From an uncultured bacterium (lineage in GTDB: Bacteria; Patescibacteriota; Microgenomatia; Levybacterales; UBA12049): a DNA stretch of 64,000 bases. The notes below the pieces were generated by a model that was not told where the DNA came from, did no database searches, and was given only the letters and a program-made list of their open reading frames with translations. The stretch lies in contig CAWGXL010000010.1 of NCBI GenBank assembly GCA_963826535.1, positions 42,814-106,813 of the forward strand. Reading direction: 5' to 3'. Every line of letters begins with the position of its first letter. Within the stretch, counting starts at the first letter, position 1. Shown in pieces: positions 10,696 through 19,956 of this stretch. Position numbers and translations under genes: made by a program.

Positions 10696-10730
10696 ATACT
10701 TAATACGTAATACTTTATACTTAATACTTA
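10696..10730. repeat. Heptamer tandem repeat (TAATACT-like, ~5 units)
   Basis: tatactt aatacgt aatactt tatactt aatactt directly upstream of coaD. Confidence 0.6.
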
Positions 10731-10734
10731 CCTT

Positions 10735-11757
10735 ATGAAATATAAATATCAATCCGGTGTTTTAGGTGGAACATTTGATCATCTCCACTTAGGTCACAAA
10801 GACCTGCTTGATACAGCTTTTAGCCAGTCAGAAAAAGTAACAATTGGTCTGGCTACAAAAAAAATATATCAGCAAAAATTTCTTTCTCATATTATTGAGT
10901 CATATAAAATTCGTGAACTTGAACTTAAAAAATATTTAAAGGAAAAAAAATACCTGCTTGCCTCGCCGCCAGGCGGGTCTCGCGTCGAAATAATTCCTTT
11001 AAATGATATTTTTGGAACGACGTTAGAAATTAAAAACTTCAGCGCGATTTTTGTCACTAAGACAACACTTCCCAATGCTCTCATTATCAATGACAAGCGT
11101 AATATAAAAGGCTTAACACCTTTGGAAATTATTAAAGTTCCGCTTAGAAAAGATGAGTCAGGTCATGCGATTACTTCAGAAAGAATCCGTTTAGGTGAAA
11201 TTGATCGCGCCGGTCATGTCTATATGAATATTTTCAAAGGAAAAACCGAATTAAAACTCCCGGCACATCTGCGGCAAGCAATGCGTGATCCAATAGGCAA
11301 AACAATAAAAGATGTAATAAAAATAAAAACAAGTAAACCCGAAAAATCATTATTAATCACAGTAGGAGATATAGTTACAAAATCCCTGAAAGAAATTCAT
11401 GTATTTCCCGATATTGAATTCATAGATTTTAAAACTCGAAGACTCCCAATGGACATAAAATCATTTGAAGACTATAAATTAAAGAAAAAAAAGATGTACA
11501 ACAACCCCGCCGGATCAATTCAGACTGAAGCGGTAAATATCTATAGTGAGGCGATAGCAGCTTGCATATCGGATCAAGTTAAACAAAGAATAGTAATAGA
11601 CGGAGAAGAAGATTTACTTACCTTACCGGCGATTCTCCTCGCTCCATTGGGTTCCTATGTTTGTTACGGTCAATTTGACTTAAACGCCGTTATACTTGTC
11701 GAGGTCACGGAAGAAAATAAAAAACATATTTTCGACCTTCTTCAACAATTCGAATAA
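10735..11757 (+). CDS. coaD: Fusion of phosphopantetheine adenylyltransferase (archaeal/eukaryotic type) and DUF359 GTP-dependent dephospho-CoA kinase
   Basis: GGTFDHLHLGH (HxGH) and ITSERIR.GEID in the N-half; TVGDIVT, IDFKTRR, NPAG.I, IDGEEDLL and YGQ in the C-half. Confidence 0.85.
   Translation: MKYKYQSGVLGGTFDHLHLGHKDLLDTAFSQSEKVTIGLATKKIYQQKFLSHIIESYKIRELELKKYLKEKKYLLASPPGGSRVEIIPLNDIFGTTLEIKNFSAIFVTKTTLPNALIINDKRNIKGLTPLEIIKVPLRKDESGHAITSERIRLGEIDRAGHVYMNIFKGKTELKLPAHLRQAMRDPIGKTIKDVIKIKTSKPEKSLLITVGDIVTKSLKEIHVFPDIEFIDFKTRRLPMDIKSFEDYKLKKKKMYNNPAGSIQTEAVNIYSEAIAACISDQVKQRIVIDGEEDLLTLPAILLAPLGSYVCYGQFDLNAVILVEVTEENKKHIFDLLQQFE
10953..10977. repeat. Short GC palindrome family G, inserted in frame in coaD
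   Basis: TA-CCTGCTTGCCTCGCCGCCAGGCGGG in an AT-rich gene; encodes LLASPPGG. Confidence 0.55.
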
Positions 11758-11785
11758 GCTAACCCACAGCAATCTGATAGTGTAT

Positions 11786-11888
11786 TGTCATTCCGAGCGA
11801 CCAAAGGGAGTCGAGGAATCTCATACCACCTTAGCTACTAATTGGGGTGAGATCCCTCCACTACGCTATCGCTTCGGTCGGGATGACA
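11786..11888 (+). repeat. ~100-bp palindromic element family A, copy 1
   Basis: TGTCATTCCGAGCG...GAGTCGAGGAATCTC...GAGATCCCTCCACT...TCGGTCGGGATGACA between convergent coaD and prfB. Confidence 0.9.
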
Positions 11889-11933
11889 AGATTTTACAAT
11901 CCAAGCAAGGAGGAATTAAGGTTTAGAAAAAGA

Positions 11934-12938
11934 TTAAAGCATCCTTATTTCCTCTTCTATAAAAGAATTTAAATCGCCATCCAGCACAGCAGCCGTATTA
12001 GATGTTTCATAGTTGGTTCTCAAATCCTTCACCATATGATAGGGATGTAGCACATAGGAGCGAATCTGATTTCCCCATCCCGGGGTTTTGTAAACACCTT
12101 TTAACTTAGCTTCTTGTGCCCTTCTTTTCTCGTCTTCGAGCAGCCATAGTTTAGCGCGAAGTATTTTCATTGCATACTCACGATTTTGCGCTTGATAACG
12201 TTGGGTTTGGGCCGTGACGATAATTCCGCTTGGTTTGTGTTTCAGTCGGACAGCAGTTGATACCTTATTTACATTTTGTCCTCCATGACCGCCGCTGCGA
12301 AAAGCTTCAAATTCTATATCATCATCGCGGATTTTCATAACCGCGTTTTGTTCAACATCCGGCAGTACTTCGACTAGCGCGAATGAAGTCTGACGTAATT
12401 TGTCGGCGTTGAATGGAGACTGCCGTACAAGACGATGCACTCCGGCTTCATGCTTGAGGTATCCAAACGCATAATTGCCTGTAATTTCAATAGTAATACT
12501 CTTGAGACCTGCTTCTTCTCCGGGTGTTTGCTCAATAACATTATGTTTCCAACCTTTTGTTTCAAAGTAGCGGGTATACATACGGAAAAGCATTTCCGCC
12601 CAGTCCATTGCCTCCACCCCTCCTTGCCCCGCATGAATTGATAGGATCACGTTTGATTTGTCATTAGCTGAAGAAAAATACAGAAGAGTTTCCATACTTT
12701 TCAATAATTTTTCCGCTTCTTTATATTCACCATCCTCTAACCATAATTGAAGTAGTTCGATTTCCTCAACTTCTTTTTGCAGAGCAGCCAACTCTTTCAT
12801 CTTTTTGGCCGCCTTTTGGGAATCATTCCAGAAACCGGGGTGCATACTTTCAGCTTCAAGCTCGCGGATTTTTTTGCGCTTTTCTTCTACCTGTACTTTT
12901 TCGATAAGTTTTTGAGCTCTATATTTTAAATCATCCAT
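11934..12938 (-). CDS. prfB: Peptide chain release factor 2 (no internal frameshift)
   Basis: SPF anticodon-mimic, [13 protein letters not shown]; single continuous frame. Confidence 0.95.
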   Translation of the reverse strand: MDDLKYRAQKLIEKVQVEEKRKKIRELEAESMHPGFWNDSQKAAKKMKELAALQKEVEEIELLQLWLEDGEYKEAEKLLKSMETLLYFSSANDKSNVILSIHAGQGGVEAMDWAEMLFRMYTRYFETKGWKHNVIEQTPGEEAGLKSITIEITGNYAFGYLKHEAGVHRLVRQSPFNADKLRQTSFALVEVLPDVEQNAVMKIRDDDIEFEAFRSGGHGGQNVNKVSTAVRLKHKPSGIIVTAQTQRYQAQNREYAMKILRAKLWLLEDEKRRAQEAKLKGVYKTPGWGNQIRSYVLHPYHMVKDLRTNYETSNTAAVLDGDLNSFIEEEIRML

Positions 12939-12998
12939 CGTAGGTTATATTCTAACCTAACAACGCATAAAACTCAAAACTTTAACAATGAATATTTC

Positions 12999-13256
12999 TT
13001 ATTTACCTGGCGTCTGAGGCGATTCAAAAATAACTATTGGTGGTGGCTTACCGCAATTTATATCTATTCTTAATGGGCCATCTGACTCCATAACAGGTCC
13101 TCTTGATTTCGATTTATCTTCTATTTTTGCTTTTTGTCGTGCAGGAGGTTCAGACTGACTAAGGACATATGCCTCCATACTCATCAAAGCAATAAAACCG
13201 ACAGTAGCACTTGTAACCATTTGTGCCCTAGATAACTCTTTTGATTCAGGTCTCAT
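12999..13256 (-). CDS. Small hypothetical membrane-anchored protein
   Basis: 85-aa ORF with a hydrophobic N-terminal segment; AGGTGG SD-like sequence upstream. Confidence 0.45.
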   Translation of the reverse strand: MRPESKELSRAQMVTSATVGFIALMSMEAYVLSQSEPPARQKAKIEDKSKSRGPVMESDGPLRIDINCGKPPPIVIFESPQTPGK

Positions 13257-13465
13257 ATTTTCACCACCTTATAAATCCTGATAAGCCTACAATATAAACG
13301 TATTTTACCATAAAAATCCACTAATCTCAACTATAGGCTAAAGGATAAGTATAATTGGATGAGTATTCTGTTTTTCTCAGCTGGAAACATTTTGCAACTC
13401 TATGCAACAAGTAGTCCACTAATTAGCAACTGGACTCAAAACATTAAATAAAATTTGCAGGAAAA

Positions 13466-13810
13466 CTATTTTTTACCAAAATTTTCTACCTGACCTTTTA
13501 CATTTTCCTGGAGAGAGCGGAAATCATTAGCTATTTTTTGATATCCGTGGTAAATATTCACAAGATCTCCTATTTTTAAATTTAGCGCTTGCTTTTGTGC
13601 AAGAATTATACCGTTATCAATATCGGTTTTTAATTGACCTGAAATACTCCCAACATTATTCGTACTCAAACCTTTGACATCCGGAAGAGCCGGTTTAACA
13701 CCTTGAACTGAGGAGATAATTTTATCTCTAATGTCCGGCCTATTGAAAGTAAATACACCTCCGCCAATGATGATGAAAACAATACACAGCTTTATGAATT
13801 TGAGCAGCAT
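13466..13810 (-). CDS. Hypothetical membrane-anchored protein
   Basis: N-terminal TM helix, helical C-terminus. Confidence 0.6.
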   Translation of the reverse strand: MLLKFIKLCIVFIIIGGGVFTFNRPDIRDKIISSVQGVKPALPDVKGLSTNNVGSISGQLKTDIDNGIILAQKQALNLKIGDLVNIYHGYQKIANDFRSLQENVKGQVENFGKK

Positions 13811-13836
13811 GACATTTATTTTATCCTTCTCACAAA

Positions 13837-13938
13837 TGTCATCCCGACCGAAGCGAAGCGTAGTGGAGGGATCTCACACCAATGAGTTGCTTAAGTGGTA
13901 TGAGATTCCTCGACTTCCGTTGGTCGCTCGGAATGACA
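13837..13938 (-). repeat. Palindromic element family A, copy 2 (inverted)
   Basis: Reverse complement closely matches copy 1: TGTCATTCCGAGCGACCAACGGAAGTCGAGGAATCTCATACCAC...GAGATCCCTCCACTACGCTTCGCTTCGGTCGGGATGACA. Confidence 0.9.
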
Positions 13939-13955
13939 AAATTGCGTAACATTAG

Positions 13956-15821
13956 TTATTCTATCAGCTTTTTCACTTTCGCAACAATTTGTTTCGCGCT
14001 GATACCGGCGGCGTCTAAAAGTTCCTCAGATTTGCCCGATGAAGAAATTTTTGTCACAGCTATTTTTTCAACATGAGCGCCGGTGTTTGAAAGGCTAGAT
14101 AAAACGAAATCGCCCAAGCCTCCGTGCTCATAATGATCTTCAACGGTAATTACAGTTTTTTGTTTTGTTTCCCTCAGACTCTGCTTTAATGTTTTTGAAT
14201 CTATTGGTTTAATACAGTAGCAATCGATAACTCTGATATTTACCCCATCATTTTTAAGTGTGTCATAAGCCTTTAACGCTTCAAAAACGGTAATACCCGC
14301 AGCTACCACGGACAAAACGTCTTTTTGAGATTTTTTGAGAATTTTTGAACCCCCTATTGAAAAATTTTCATTTGTTTCATATAAAACAGGAGTCTTAGGA
14401 CGAAGAGTGCGTAGATAAGTAATTCCATCATAATTTGCGATCAGAGGTATAACTTTGGCCGTTGATACGGCATCTGACGGATGAAATATGATTGAGTCCG
14501 GAATCGCTCCAAAGATCGCAAAATCTTCAAGTGCCATTTGCGATGGCCCGTCTTCACCGATTGAGACACCAGCGTGAGAACCAATGAATTTTAAATTGGC
14601 GCGACCAATTGAGGCCATTCTGACTTGATCAACTGCGCGTGTTAGAAACGCGGCAAATGTAGAAACAAAAGGAATTTTCCCAAGGCGTTGTAAACCAACC
14701 GCGAGCCCAACCATATTCTGCTCGGCAATAAAACACTCAATAAAGCGGTCTGGTAGAACTTTCAAGAATTCCTGACTATAAGTGGAATTTTTTACTTCCG
14801 CATCAAGCGCGTATATATTCTTGTTTAATTCGCCTAATTTAGCTAACGCCTGTCCATAAACCTCCCGTGTCGCATGTTGCTGATCTTTTGAAAAATTAAT
14901 TTTTAAATTTTCGGGTGACTTTATTTTTTTTGTAAACTCCAATTTTTTGGGCTTTTTTAAACTGAACTTCAAATTATCATTAACTTTACCCAGCTCCATT
15001 AGCGCTTTGTCTAGCTCTTCTTTTTTTAGAGGCTTACCGTGCCAGCTATCTTTATTTTCTATAAAAGAAATGCCGCGGCCTTTGAAAGTCCTGGCAATTA
15101 TCACGAATGGCTTGCCTGTACCTGCCCGTCCGGCAGGCGGGTTATTTTTTACAGCCTGCGAGAACGCGCGGTCGACTTCGAATAAATTATTTCCGTCAAT
15201 AGCAATTGCTTCAAATCCAAAAGCTTTGAACCGGCTGATATATTCTTCCAAGTGGTGACCGAACATGGTCTCCTGGCTTTGACCGAGACGGTTAATATCT
15301 GCGATAGCAATGAGATTATCCAATTTATTCAAACTCGCAAAATTAGCGGATTCCCAAACCTGTCCTTCAGCTAATTCTCCATCACCTAAGAGTACGTATG
15401 TTTTATATGGTAAATTTTCCCGCTTAGCAAGTAAGCTTAAACCTGCTCCGATAGATAGGCCTTGTCCCAGTGAGCCGGTAGCAGCTTCCGCATATGGATA
15501 TTTCGCCGGAGTTGGATGCCCTTCAAGTCGGCTGCCAAATTTTCGGAGAGTTTTTAGTTCTTCAAGCGGATACGCCCCAGCCATAGCAAAAAGTGTATAT
15601 AAAAGTGGAGATGCATGGCCTTTTGAAAGTATAAACCTGTCGTTATAAAGATTAAGTGGATTTTTCAAGTCATAAGTAAAATATTTATCAAAAAGAACTG
15701 TACACAAATCTGCAGCAGATAAACAAGAAGTTGGATGACCTGAACCAGCCTCAGTAGTTGAAACCAAACACCATTTACGGACTAATTTAGCTTTTTCGAG
15801 TAATTCTTTTTGATTAAACAT
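13956..15821 (-). CDS. tkt: Transketolase
   Basis: SGHP, LSKGH, EGHP, TGSLGQG, GDGE..EG TPP motif, IAEQ, GEDGPSQ. Confidence 0.95.
   Translation of the reverse strand: MFNQKELLEKAKLVRKWCLVSTTEAGSGHPTSCLSAADLCTVLFDKYFTYDLKNPLNLYNDRFILSKGHASPLLYTLFAMAGAYPLEELKTLRKFGSRLEGHPTPAKYPYAEAATGSLGQGLSIGAGLSLLAKRENLPYKTYVLLGDGELAEGQVWESANFASLNKLDNLIAIADINRLGQSQETMFGHHLEEYISRFKAFGFEAIAIDGNNLFEVDRAFSQAVKNNPPAGRAGTGKPFVIIARTFKGRGISFIENKDSWHGKPLKKEELDKALMELGKVNDNLKFSLKKPKKLEFTKKIKSPENLKINFSKDQQHATREVYGQALAKLGELNKNIYALDAEVKNSTYSQEFLKVLPDRFIECFIAEQNMVGLAVGLQRLGKIPFVSTFAAFLTRAVDQVRMASIGRANLKFIGSHAGVSIGEDGPSQMALEDFAIFGAIPDSIIFHPSDAVSTAKVIPLIANYDGITYLRTLRPKTPVLYETNENFSIGGSKILKKSQKDVLSVVAAGITVFEALKAYDTLKNDGVNIRVIDCYCIKPIDSKTLKQSLRETKQKTVITVEDHYEHGGLGDFVLSSLSNTGAHVEKIAVTKISSSGKSEELLDAAGISAKQIVAKVKKLIE
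15121..15141. repeat. Short GC palindrome family G, inserted in frame in tkt
   Basis: TA-CCTGCCCGTCCGGCAGGCGGG, 21 bp, encodes PPAGRAG between KNN and TGKP. Confidence 0.8.
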
Positions 15822-15873
15822 GAAGTATTGCCTGAACTTTACTATATTATCGAGAGTTAAGTCAAGTAGACCA

Positions 15874-16479
15874 TTATTTTAATTTATAAACTAACGCGGC
15901 CACAGCGGCACCCAGAAATGGACCTACCAGATAAATTATTAGGTTTGTAAGATTCGCATTTATTTGATTTGCATCCAGTAGAATTGGACCTATCGCAACA
16001 GCCGGATTAAATACACCGCCTGAGATAGGTCCGCCGGCAAAAGCTCCAACCATAAGAGCGAGCCCTATTGCCAGTCCAAAATAACTATTACCTTTAGTTT
16101 TTTCAGTCACGGCAACATGAAGTACTACGCTACACAAAAGAAAAGTAAATAATGCTTCAACAAGCATAGCCTGGGTCGGAGTTACATTTTGTGCAACCGC
16201 AGGGACGAAATAAATTCCTTTCAAAAATATAAAAACAATAGCCGCGACCAGCCCGCCTAGTAACTGAGCTACCATATACACAACTGCAGGTTTAGGTTTA
16301 ATATTTTTCGTGAGTAAGACCGCAAGCGTTACAGCCGGATTATAATGCCCGCCGGATATATAACCTCCCATATAAACCAGCGCAGCCAGCACAAAACCAA
16401 TTGCAATAGGATCGCCGGTAATAGCAATAGTCAATACCAAAAAGAACGCCCCTATAAATTCAATCAAATATTTTTTCAT
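15874..16479 (-). CDS. Aquaporin (MIP family)
   Basis: ISGGHYNPAVT and ISGGVFNPAVA (two NPA motifs); start likely at MKKYLIEF. Confidence 0.93.
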   Translation of the reverse strand: MKKYLIEFIGAFFLVLTIAITGDPIAIGFVLAALVYMGGYISGGHYNPAVTLAVLLTKNIKPKPAVVYMVAQLLGGLVAAIVFIFLKGIYFVPAVAQNVTPTQAMLVEALFTFLLCSVVLHVAVTEKTKGNSYFGLAIGLALMVGAFAGGPISGGVFNPAVAIGPILLDANQINANLTNLIIYLVGPFLGAAVAALVYKLK

Positions 16480-16570
16480 TAATTTATTATTACATGAAAT
16501 CAATAAAAAATACAACAGCCGAGTTTGGTTGACACTTTTTGAATTGGTATGTTAGCATGAAGTCTAGCTT

Positions 16571-16972
16571 ATGAAAACTATTGTGCGAGCAATTGCAATC
16601 TATACTCTTGCTTTATTTCTTCTGCCTCAACTTATTCCGGGAGTTCAAATTACAGGTGGATTTTTAACTCTCATAATAGGCGGCGCAGCTCTAGCACTCT
16701 TGTTTTTGATTTTAAAACCAATACTAAATATTATCAGTTTTCCCGTTAACTTGATCACTCTGGGGCTGTTCTCTATGTTTACGAATGTAATTATTCTTTA
16801 TCTTTTGACCGTGTTTGTAATTGGAATTTCCATCCACTCTTTTACTTATCCTAGTGTAGGAATTTTTGGGTTTATTATCCCACAGATCTCTTTTCCACTG
16901 TTATTTGCTTACATTTACACATCGTTTGTGCTATCATTCATTGATTCATTTTTCTCGTGGCTGGTGAAATAA
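16571..16972 (+). CDS. YvlD/DUF360-like four-TM membrane protein ('phage holin family')
   Basis: ILKPILNIISFPVNLITLGLFS motif; adjacent to yvcK. Confidence 0.8.
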   Translation: MKTIVRAIAIYTLALFLLPQLIPGVQITGGFLTLIIGGAALALLFLILKPILNIISFPVNLITLGLFSMFTNVIILYLLTVFVIGISIHSFTYPSVGIFGFIIPQISFPLLFAYIYTSFVLSFIDSFFSWLVK

Positions 16973-16979
16973 GTATTTT

Positions 16980-17090
16980 GTCATTCCCCTGGACAGGGGA
17001 ATCCAGAAGATATAAATAATTCTTCCTTATTAAGCAATAAGAGGAATAGACTTTTTTTACCTACTGGATTCCCGCGTTCGCGGGAATGAC
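16980..17090. repeat. dRS3/NIME-like bipartite palindromic element (family C)
   Basis: GTCATTCCC-ctggacag-GGGAATCCAG...CTGGATTCCC-gcgttcgc-GGGAATGAC; two ATTCCC-N8-GGGAAT units around an AT-rich spacer. Confidence 0.85.
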
Positions 17091-17128
17091 GATTATCAGT
17101 GTAACAGGAGTTAAGAAGAAATTTAAAT

Positions 17129-18121
17129 ATGATTGATAATTTATTGATAAAAGATAAGAGAATAGTTTGCCTGGGCGGTGGAATAGGTACATGTAATCTT
17201 ATAAGGGGTTTAAAAAAATACAATCCAAAATTGACTGTAGTAACTTCTATGGCAGACGACGGCGGATCATCAGGTAGGTTGAGAAAAGCTTACAATATCA
17301 TGCCGCCCGGAGATTTAATATCATGTATTGCAGCATTAATTGCTGATGAAAATCAAGAACTGGCTTCATTACTAACTTATCGTATTCCCGGAATAAACCG
17401 CGAAAATAAAGCAATTGACGGACAAAAATTTGGCAACCTGCTCATGCTCACTGAGATATTGAGAACAAAAGACATTTATAAAGCACTTAAGGTTACAAAA
17501 AGAATGTTTGGTGTGACCGCTGACATACTTCCCGCAACAGACATAAGAGTGCGTCAAAGCGCTATAACGAAAGACGGCAGGATAGTGCATAGCGAGACAG
17601 CGCTTGATTTAGGCAAATATGCAGAGCCGCACGGTTTGAAAAAAACTTATCTCACACCCAAAAACCCTATTGTAAACATTAAAGTCATAAAAAATTTACA
17701 AAATGCGGACGTCATCATCAGCGGACCGGGCGATTTATATACAAACCAATTACCGGTACTTATTGTCCCTAAAATAAAAGAACAATTGCAGGCTGCTAAG
17801 TGCAGGAAAATATTTATTTTGAATATTGCCAATAAACCATGTGAAACAGAAAATTATAGTTTGAAAAGTTTTATTAACGCAATAAAGGAACATCTTGGTC
17901 TTTTTCCCTTCGATACAATTATCGTAAATAATAACGCGTCTCATCTTATTCCAAAAAAATATAACAAATATAAATATATAAAAATTGATGAAGAGTTTAG
18001 ACGCGAAAAACAAGAGTTTAAACTTATAGAAGCAGACTTAGTAAAAGAGGACTTCCCAATTTATCATAATTCCGAAAAACTTGCAGAAATAGTTATAAAA
18101 AATATAGACACCTCATCTTAA
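17129..18121 (+). CDS. yvcK: YvcK/GlmR (CofD-like) uridine diphosphate-GlcNAc-binding protein
   Basis: GGGIG, DDGGSSGRLR, PPGD, GPGDLYT. Confidence 0.88.
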   Translation: MIDNLLIKDKRIVCLGGGIGTCNLIRGLKKYNPKLTVVTSMADDGGSSGRLRKAYNIMPPGDLISCIAALIADENQELASLLTYRIPGINRENKAIDGQKFGNLLMLTEILRTKDIYKALKVTKRMFGVTADILPATDIRVRQSAITKDGRIVHSETALDLGKYAEPHGLKKTYLTPKNPIVNIKVIKNLQNADVIISGPGDLYTNQLPVLIVPKIKEQLQAAKCRKIFILNIANKPCETENYSLKSFINAIKEHLGLFPFDTIIVNNNASHLIPKKYNKYKYIKIDEEFRREKQEFKLIEADLVKEDFPIYHNSEKLAEIVIKNIDTSS

Positions 18122-18189
18122 AAACTTGAAGAGTATAATACCTGAGCGTTGCAATCATCTTGTAACAATTCACAGTTATGACACAATTT

Positions 18190-18267
18190 TGTTATCGTGA
18201 TCCCGATTTAATCGGGAGTGGAGATCAATAAAGATTGTTTCCCCCGCTGAGCGGGGTCGCAATGACA
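18190..18267. repeat. Degenerate palindromic element family B carrying a CCCCGCTGAGCGGGG hairpin
   Basis: tgttatcgtgatcccgatttaatcgggagtggagatc...gattgtttcccccgctgagcggggtcgcaatgaca. Confidence 0.65.
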
Positions 18268-18350
18268 TGTTTATGTTAGAAGTGAGAACAGTTACTCATT
18301 TGATAATTTTTGCAAAATGAGTGTGTAGTGGTATATAATATAGTCCTGTT

Positions 18351-18578
18351 ATGCTGGAAAGTGTTTTAAATATTTCACAGATTATTATTTCGGTTCTGCT
18401 CATTGTAGTTATATTACTTCAAACTCCTGAAGGGGGATTATCGCCAGTTTTCGGTGGTGGAGGAGAAATGTTCCGGAGCAGAAGAAGTGTGGAAAAATTA
18501 TTGGTTGCTGCAACGATATTTTTGTCTGTTGTTCTCGCTTTATTATCAATAATTCTTCTTTTTCCGCAATTTAAATAA
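18351..18578 (+). CDS. secG: Preprotein translocase subunit SecG
   Basis: ILLQ..EGGLS..FGGG...RR.VEK.L, two TM helices. Confidence 0.9.
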   Translation: MLESVLNISQIIISVLLIVVILLQTPEGGLSPVFGGGGEMFRSRRSVEKLLVAATIFLSVVLALLSIILLFPQFK

Positions 18579-18581
18579 AAT

Positions 18582-19949
18582 ATGGCTGTTCGACGAAGAC
18601 TTATATTCTGGCTGTTCCGGGCTTATATAGAAAAGAGGGGCAAGACGATCCTTTTTTCTTTTTTGGCCGGACTTATAGTTTTTTTTATTTTCCTTTTTAC
18701 CTCCCGCTTTTATGTAAACCTAATTCCGATTTATAAACACACTATAGTCGGAGTTACTGGTGCGTATACCGGGGACAACCTACCGCTTTTTATTGTTGAA
18801 AAGATATCTAGAGGATTGACTTCTGTAAATAAAGACGGAGCGGTAAAACCGGCAATTGCCTCGTCATGGGACATCCTTGATAATGGAAAAACCTATGTTT
18901 TTCATTTAAAAAAAGATTTATATCTTTCTAATGGGAAGAATATTACTTCCGATCTAATAAATTACAATTTTTCCGATGTTACAGTAGAAAGACCAGACAA
19001 ATATACTATTATATTTAAATTGAAAGAAACATACGCGCCATTCTTGATCACAGTATCACGTCCTATTTTTCAACCGGGTTTGGTCGGAGCAGGTGATTAT
19101 AAAATTGATGATATTAAATTGAATGGTGATTTTGTACAATCTTTGACCATAATAGGTGTAAAAGATAGGTTTGACGTCAAAACATATGAGTTTTATCCGA
19201 GTACGGAAGCATTAAAATATGCCTATGTATTGGGTGAGGTTAATCAAGCGGTCGAGCTTATAAATGATGGATTTCATGACACAACTTTTGATAAGTTCAG
19301 TAATACTAAAGTTAACAAAAAAATAAATTATAGTAAATTAGTTACTCTGTTTTATAATAATAACGATAATATTCTTTCTGATAAAAAGGTCAGGCTGGCT
19401 CTTTCATACGCTTTACCGAATGATTATTCTGATGGAGAGAATGCGTTCCTTCCTTACCCGCCGGATTCTATTTATTACAATAAAGATCTTGAAGAAAAAA
19501 AGCAAAATTTTGAACACGCAAAATTGCTTTTAACAGCTGCAAACACTGCAAGTGAATCCGCGAAAACCTCTGACCAGCTAAATTTAACTATCAAGACTTT
19601 ACATAAGTATAGACTGTTAGCAAATGATATAGCCAAAAATTTTGTTGAAATTGGTGTAAAAACAAATATTGAAGAAGTCGATGAAGTCCCTGCTGACTTC
19701 CAATTGTATTTAGGAGATATTATACTTTCAGATGACCCTGATCAGTATTCATTATGGCATTCGGCACAAATAAAAAATATTACAAAATACAAAAATTTAC
19801 GTATTGATAAATTGCTTGAAGATGGAAGAAAGACTATAAATATAAATTCCCGTAAAAAAATTTATGCCGATTTCCAGAGGTTTTTAACAGAAGACGTTCC
19901 CGCTTCATTTCTCTATTTTCCCACTGAGTATGAGCTGGCGAGAAAGTAA
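18582..19949 (+). CDS. ABC transporter substrate-binding protein, family 5 (peptide/nickel)
   Basis: GLT...G.V.PAIASSW, KTYVFHLK, DPDQYSLWHS, D.LLE.GR. Confidence 0.85.
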   Translation: MAVRRRLIFWLFRAYIEKRGKTILFSFLAGLIVFFIFLFTSRFYVNLIPIYKHTIVGVTGAYTGDNLPLFIVEKISRGLTSVNKDGAVKPAIASSWDILDNGKTYVFHLKKDLYLSNGKNITSDLINYNFSDVTVERPDKYTIIFKLKETYAPFLITVSRPIFQPGLVGAGDYKIDDIKLNGDFVQSLTIIGVKDRFDVKTYEFYPSTEALKYAYVLGEVNQAVELINDGFHDTTFDKFSNTKVNKKINYSKLVTLFYNNNDNILSDKKVRLALSYALPNDYSDGENAFLPYPPDSIYYNKDLEEKKQNFEHAKLLLTAANTASESAKTSDQLNLTIKTLHKYRLLANDIAKNFVEIGVKTNIEEVDEVPADFQLYLGDIILSDDPDQYSLWHSAQIKNITKYKNLRIDKLLEDGRKTININSRKKIYADFQRFLTEDVPASFLYFPTEYELARK

Positions 19950-19956
19950 GTAGGTA

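Noticed and set aside
11696-11926. Short ORFs over palindromic elements (also 13731-13949, 13882-14076, 16981-17223, 55766-56089)
   Set aside because: These are read-throughs of repeat DNA that overlap real genes and have no independent coding evidence
11934-12938. Programmed +1 frameshift in prfB
   Set aside because: The ORF is continuous from its ATG, with no CTT-TGA slippery site near the start
16571-16972. Prophage suggested by the 'holin' family gene
   Set aside because: No phage genes nearby; the yvlD-yvcK context is housekeeping
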